Under the pieces are notes generated by a model, which made no database searches, was not told the origin of the DNA, and saw only the letters and a list, made by a program, of their open reading frames with translations. A program made the translations under genes and the position numbers. Positions 61,699 to 64,000 of a stretch of DNA of 64,000 nt are shown here, piece by piece. Origin of the DNA: Vicugna vicugna (lineage: Eukaryota); the NCBI GenBank assembly GCA_013265495.1, contig MU058584.1:2141599-2205598 (forward strand), read 5' to 3'. Within the stretch, counting starts at the first letter, position 1. Every line of letters begins with the position of its first letter.

Positions 61699-62979
61699 GT
61701 AAGAATAACCTGTCCACAGCTGTGTATCTGGGACATTAATATGGGTTTAATGAAAACTCCAGTTGATCTGTCCAAAGATATTGATGAGCATTGCCCAGCC
61801 GTATTAATCATCTCCTTGAGGGAGGAAATGAAGGCAGTGGGCGAGCAGGTTTCTGTCAGGTGCCAATCCAGATGAAGAGATGTAGAAAAAAAAAATTTTT
61901 TTTTAACCCTCCACAGCTACATCCATTTACCGGGATGTGGGTTGGACCAGGAGAGAATAAGAAGGACCCACGACAGCACAGGAAATTCTGAGGCCCATTT
62001 AACGTAAAATCATTAAGCTTCTGCCAATAAATCCATTACTGTTAATTATATTGCGATGGCCAACGATCCGCTGATAATATTCCTTCATTGATTCTCATTC
62101 GCTGTGGATCGAGGTTCTGGCTTGCATCTCTTTGGTGTTTTCATTCCTTCATTTCCTTCTCCCTCTCCTCTTTCTCTTTCTCCCCGGGCCCGGCTCCCCA
62201 CACCCATCTCTCCCCCTCCCACCTTGAGCTTTTGCAGTAATGCAGCTCCCCTCTCACTGGTGAAACAGTTCTCTCCCTAAGTGCCAAATGTTTCTTGATA
62301 GGAACAAGCTACATTTCTTTATGGCTTATGGCAAACTGCCTTGATTACTTCTACTGCTGTACCCATTATGTGAATTAAATATGTATTCAGTTGCATGCTG
62401 CTTGCGATGTTATTGCAGGGTGACATATGGTACTGACTCAATTAGAATGAAACTAGCATTAGATAACCCTTCTGATTACATGCATCCTGACCAGCTCCTC
62501 CTCGGCCTCCCCTCTGTGCTCTCGCTGTCTCTGCTGTCTGCAGGCTGCAGGTTTACATTATCCGTTATCATCTCCACCACATTGGATGCTGGCCGGGGGT
62601 GGGGAAGGGAGGGGGCCCTGGGTGTCTGGGAAAGAAGGCATCTCAGATAGACAGACAGAATAAAAGGGCTGGGGGTGGGGTGGGGGAGGAATATAAAGGA
62701 CTCTGCTCTCATTTGGAATTCACCGTTAATGTTTATATTGTTCGGAAGTGATTGTCAGGCCTGCTATGAGAAGAGGCCAGAAAGGTTTCTGTAGGGTTGG
62801 AAGATCAGAAAAGGAAAAAAAAATGACTGTGAAATGACTGCTGTGTGTGTGATTAGTTGGTCCTTACCTTGAAAATTATTCATTTAAAAATAACACCTTT
62901 CTCTCCCCTCCCAGTTCATACTTACTCTAACACCAGTGACATATTTTCTATCTCTAGCATACCTGGATTCAACATATGT

Positions 62980-63110
62980 TAACCCATTTGATTCCCATCA
63001 GCTCCTGACAACACAGGCAGAACAGGCATGGGTGCCCCCATTTTACAGATGAAGCAGTGGAGGCCCGAAGAGGCTACATTACATTGTGGTTCAAGGTCAC
63101 AGAGTCACAT
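62980..63110 (-). mobile_element. MIR SINE fragment
   Basis: cccccattttacagatgaagcagtggaggccc...ttcaaggtcacaga. Confidence 0.8.
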
Positions 63111-63904
63111 GGTGGGCACAATGAGGAGGAATCCTTAAGAATGCAGAGGGCTCTGGAGGGCAGCTCAAGGATGTGCTATAAAGTGATTTGAGAATTGTTA
63201 GATCTTAAAAATAATAATAATACATAAAGGAAGTATTTTGGGTGTCCGGGGCGGCCAGTGTCGTTGCTGGAACGTCTGGTCCTGAAAACAACACAGTTTG
63301 CCTCCGAGAACAGCTGGCCCACAGCATTTCCTTCTGAGGAGGGATGTTTCTCTCCTTGATCATTTTTCACCACGTGTTAAGCTGTTCCAAGCTCCGTTCC
63401 TTCTGCTCTTCCTGCTCTGTCACCTCTACTCGCCGTGTAAGAATCTGGAGACCATTTTTTCCGGCTCACTTAGCCCCAGCCTGAGGCTAAAGCAGCCCCC
63501 AGTCCGGAGCCTGCCCCTGGACCTGCTGGCCATCTGGGATTTTCTCCCAGGCTGATAGAAGGGCTCCCAGACCCAAGACTGCCTGCCCAACGGTGGCGTC
63601 ACCATCCAGCGCGACTCCTTGCCCATGACCAGTTCAAGCCTGCAGGTCTGTCTGAGCACCTACCATGTGTGTTTGTATGCACCACACCATATGCTGTGGG
63701 CAAATAGAAAGCTTAGAATGTCTCCTGACTCTGTGACTTTGAGTAAGTTAAAAAAAATGTGTATGGTCACTGGCCAAAGGCAGCTCATACCCAGGCAGAA
63801 AAATAGCATGAGGGTGAGTGTAAATGAGGATGATGTGAACTCAGAAGTACCACAGATGCGCTTATTAATCTCAGCTGGAATTTCTAGAATTAGGCTGATG
63901 CTTC

Positions 63905-63975
63905 GCTCAGTACCTTGAGTACAGCAGGCACTTAACACACGTTGGTTGAATGGATGCATAAGTGAATGAATGAGA
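63905..63975 (+). mobile_element. L2 LINE 3' terminus
   Basis: gtacagcaggcacttaacacacgttggttgaatggatg...gaatgaatga (L2 terminal (GAAT)n). Confidence 0.7.
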
Positions 63976-64000
63976 GGGATCAGATAGTAATGGTAATCAG

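Noticed and set aside
368..63959. The supplied ORF track as protein-coding genes
   Set aside because: All ORFs are 60-217 aa, overlap in multiple frames, often start at non-ATG codons, and many translate simple repeats or TEs. None resembles a cellular protein I recognise.
1..64000. Assigning a host gene symbol
   Set aside because: No exon of a protein I recognise is present, so naming a gene would be a guess without an alignment.

Overview
Mammalian non-coding genomic DNA, most likely from a camelid. It carries six copies of a tRNA-Ala-like SINE of the camelid type, and I recognised no Alu, B1/B2, BovB/Bov-tA, PRE-1, ERE or SINEC elements. No protein-coding gene, rRNA, genuine tRNA gene, CRISPR array or prokaryote-type system is supported. 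The supplied ORFs are short chance frames; the only one with recognisable protein similarity (53491..53715, minus) is a fossil CR1/L3 ORF2 C-terminus. The window reads like the interior of a very large intron of a gene probably transcribed on the + strand (4 of 5 L1 3' ends antisense, long T tracts mainly on +). It has many MIR/L2 relics, very little L1, a few MaLR/ERVL solo LTRs and hAT MITEs, and many TAAT-dense blocks resembling conserved developmental enhancers. I cannot name the host gene from sequence alone. Best leads: (1) a CpG-rich candidate internal promoter/alternative first exon ending at CTG|GTAAGT (43288); (2) a candidate 45-nt frame-preserving cassette exon (18693-18737); (3) a recent ~320-bp tandem duplication with a templated insertion (31375-32011); (4) an exact 17-nt identity between the long-form SINE tail and an MLT1A-type LTR, suggesting capture of LTR sequence by a SINE source gene; (5) strong RFX, TCF/LEF, CTCF and POU/homeodomain motifs. 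Repeat family names are from visual recall of consensus sequences, and repeat boundaries are approximate unless a TSD is quoted.
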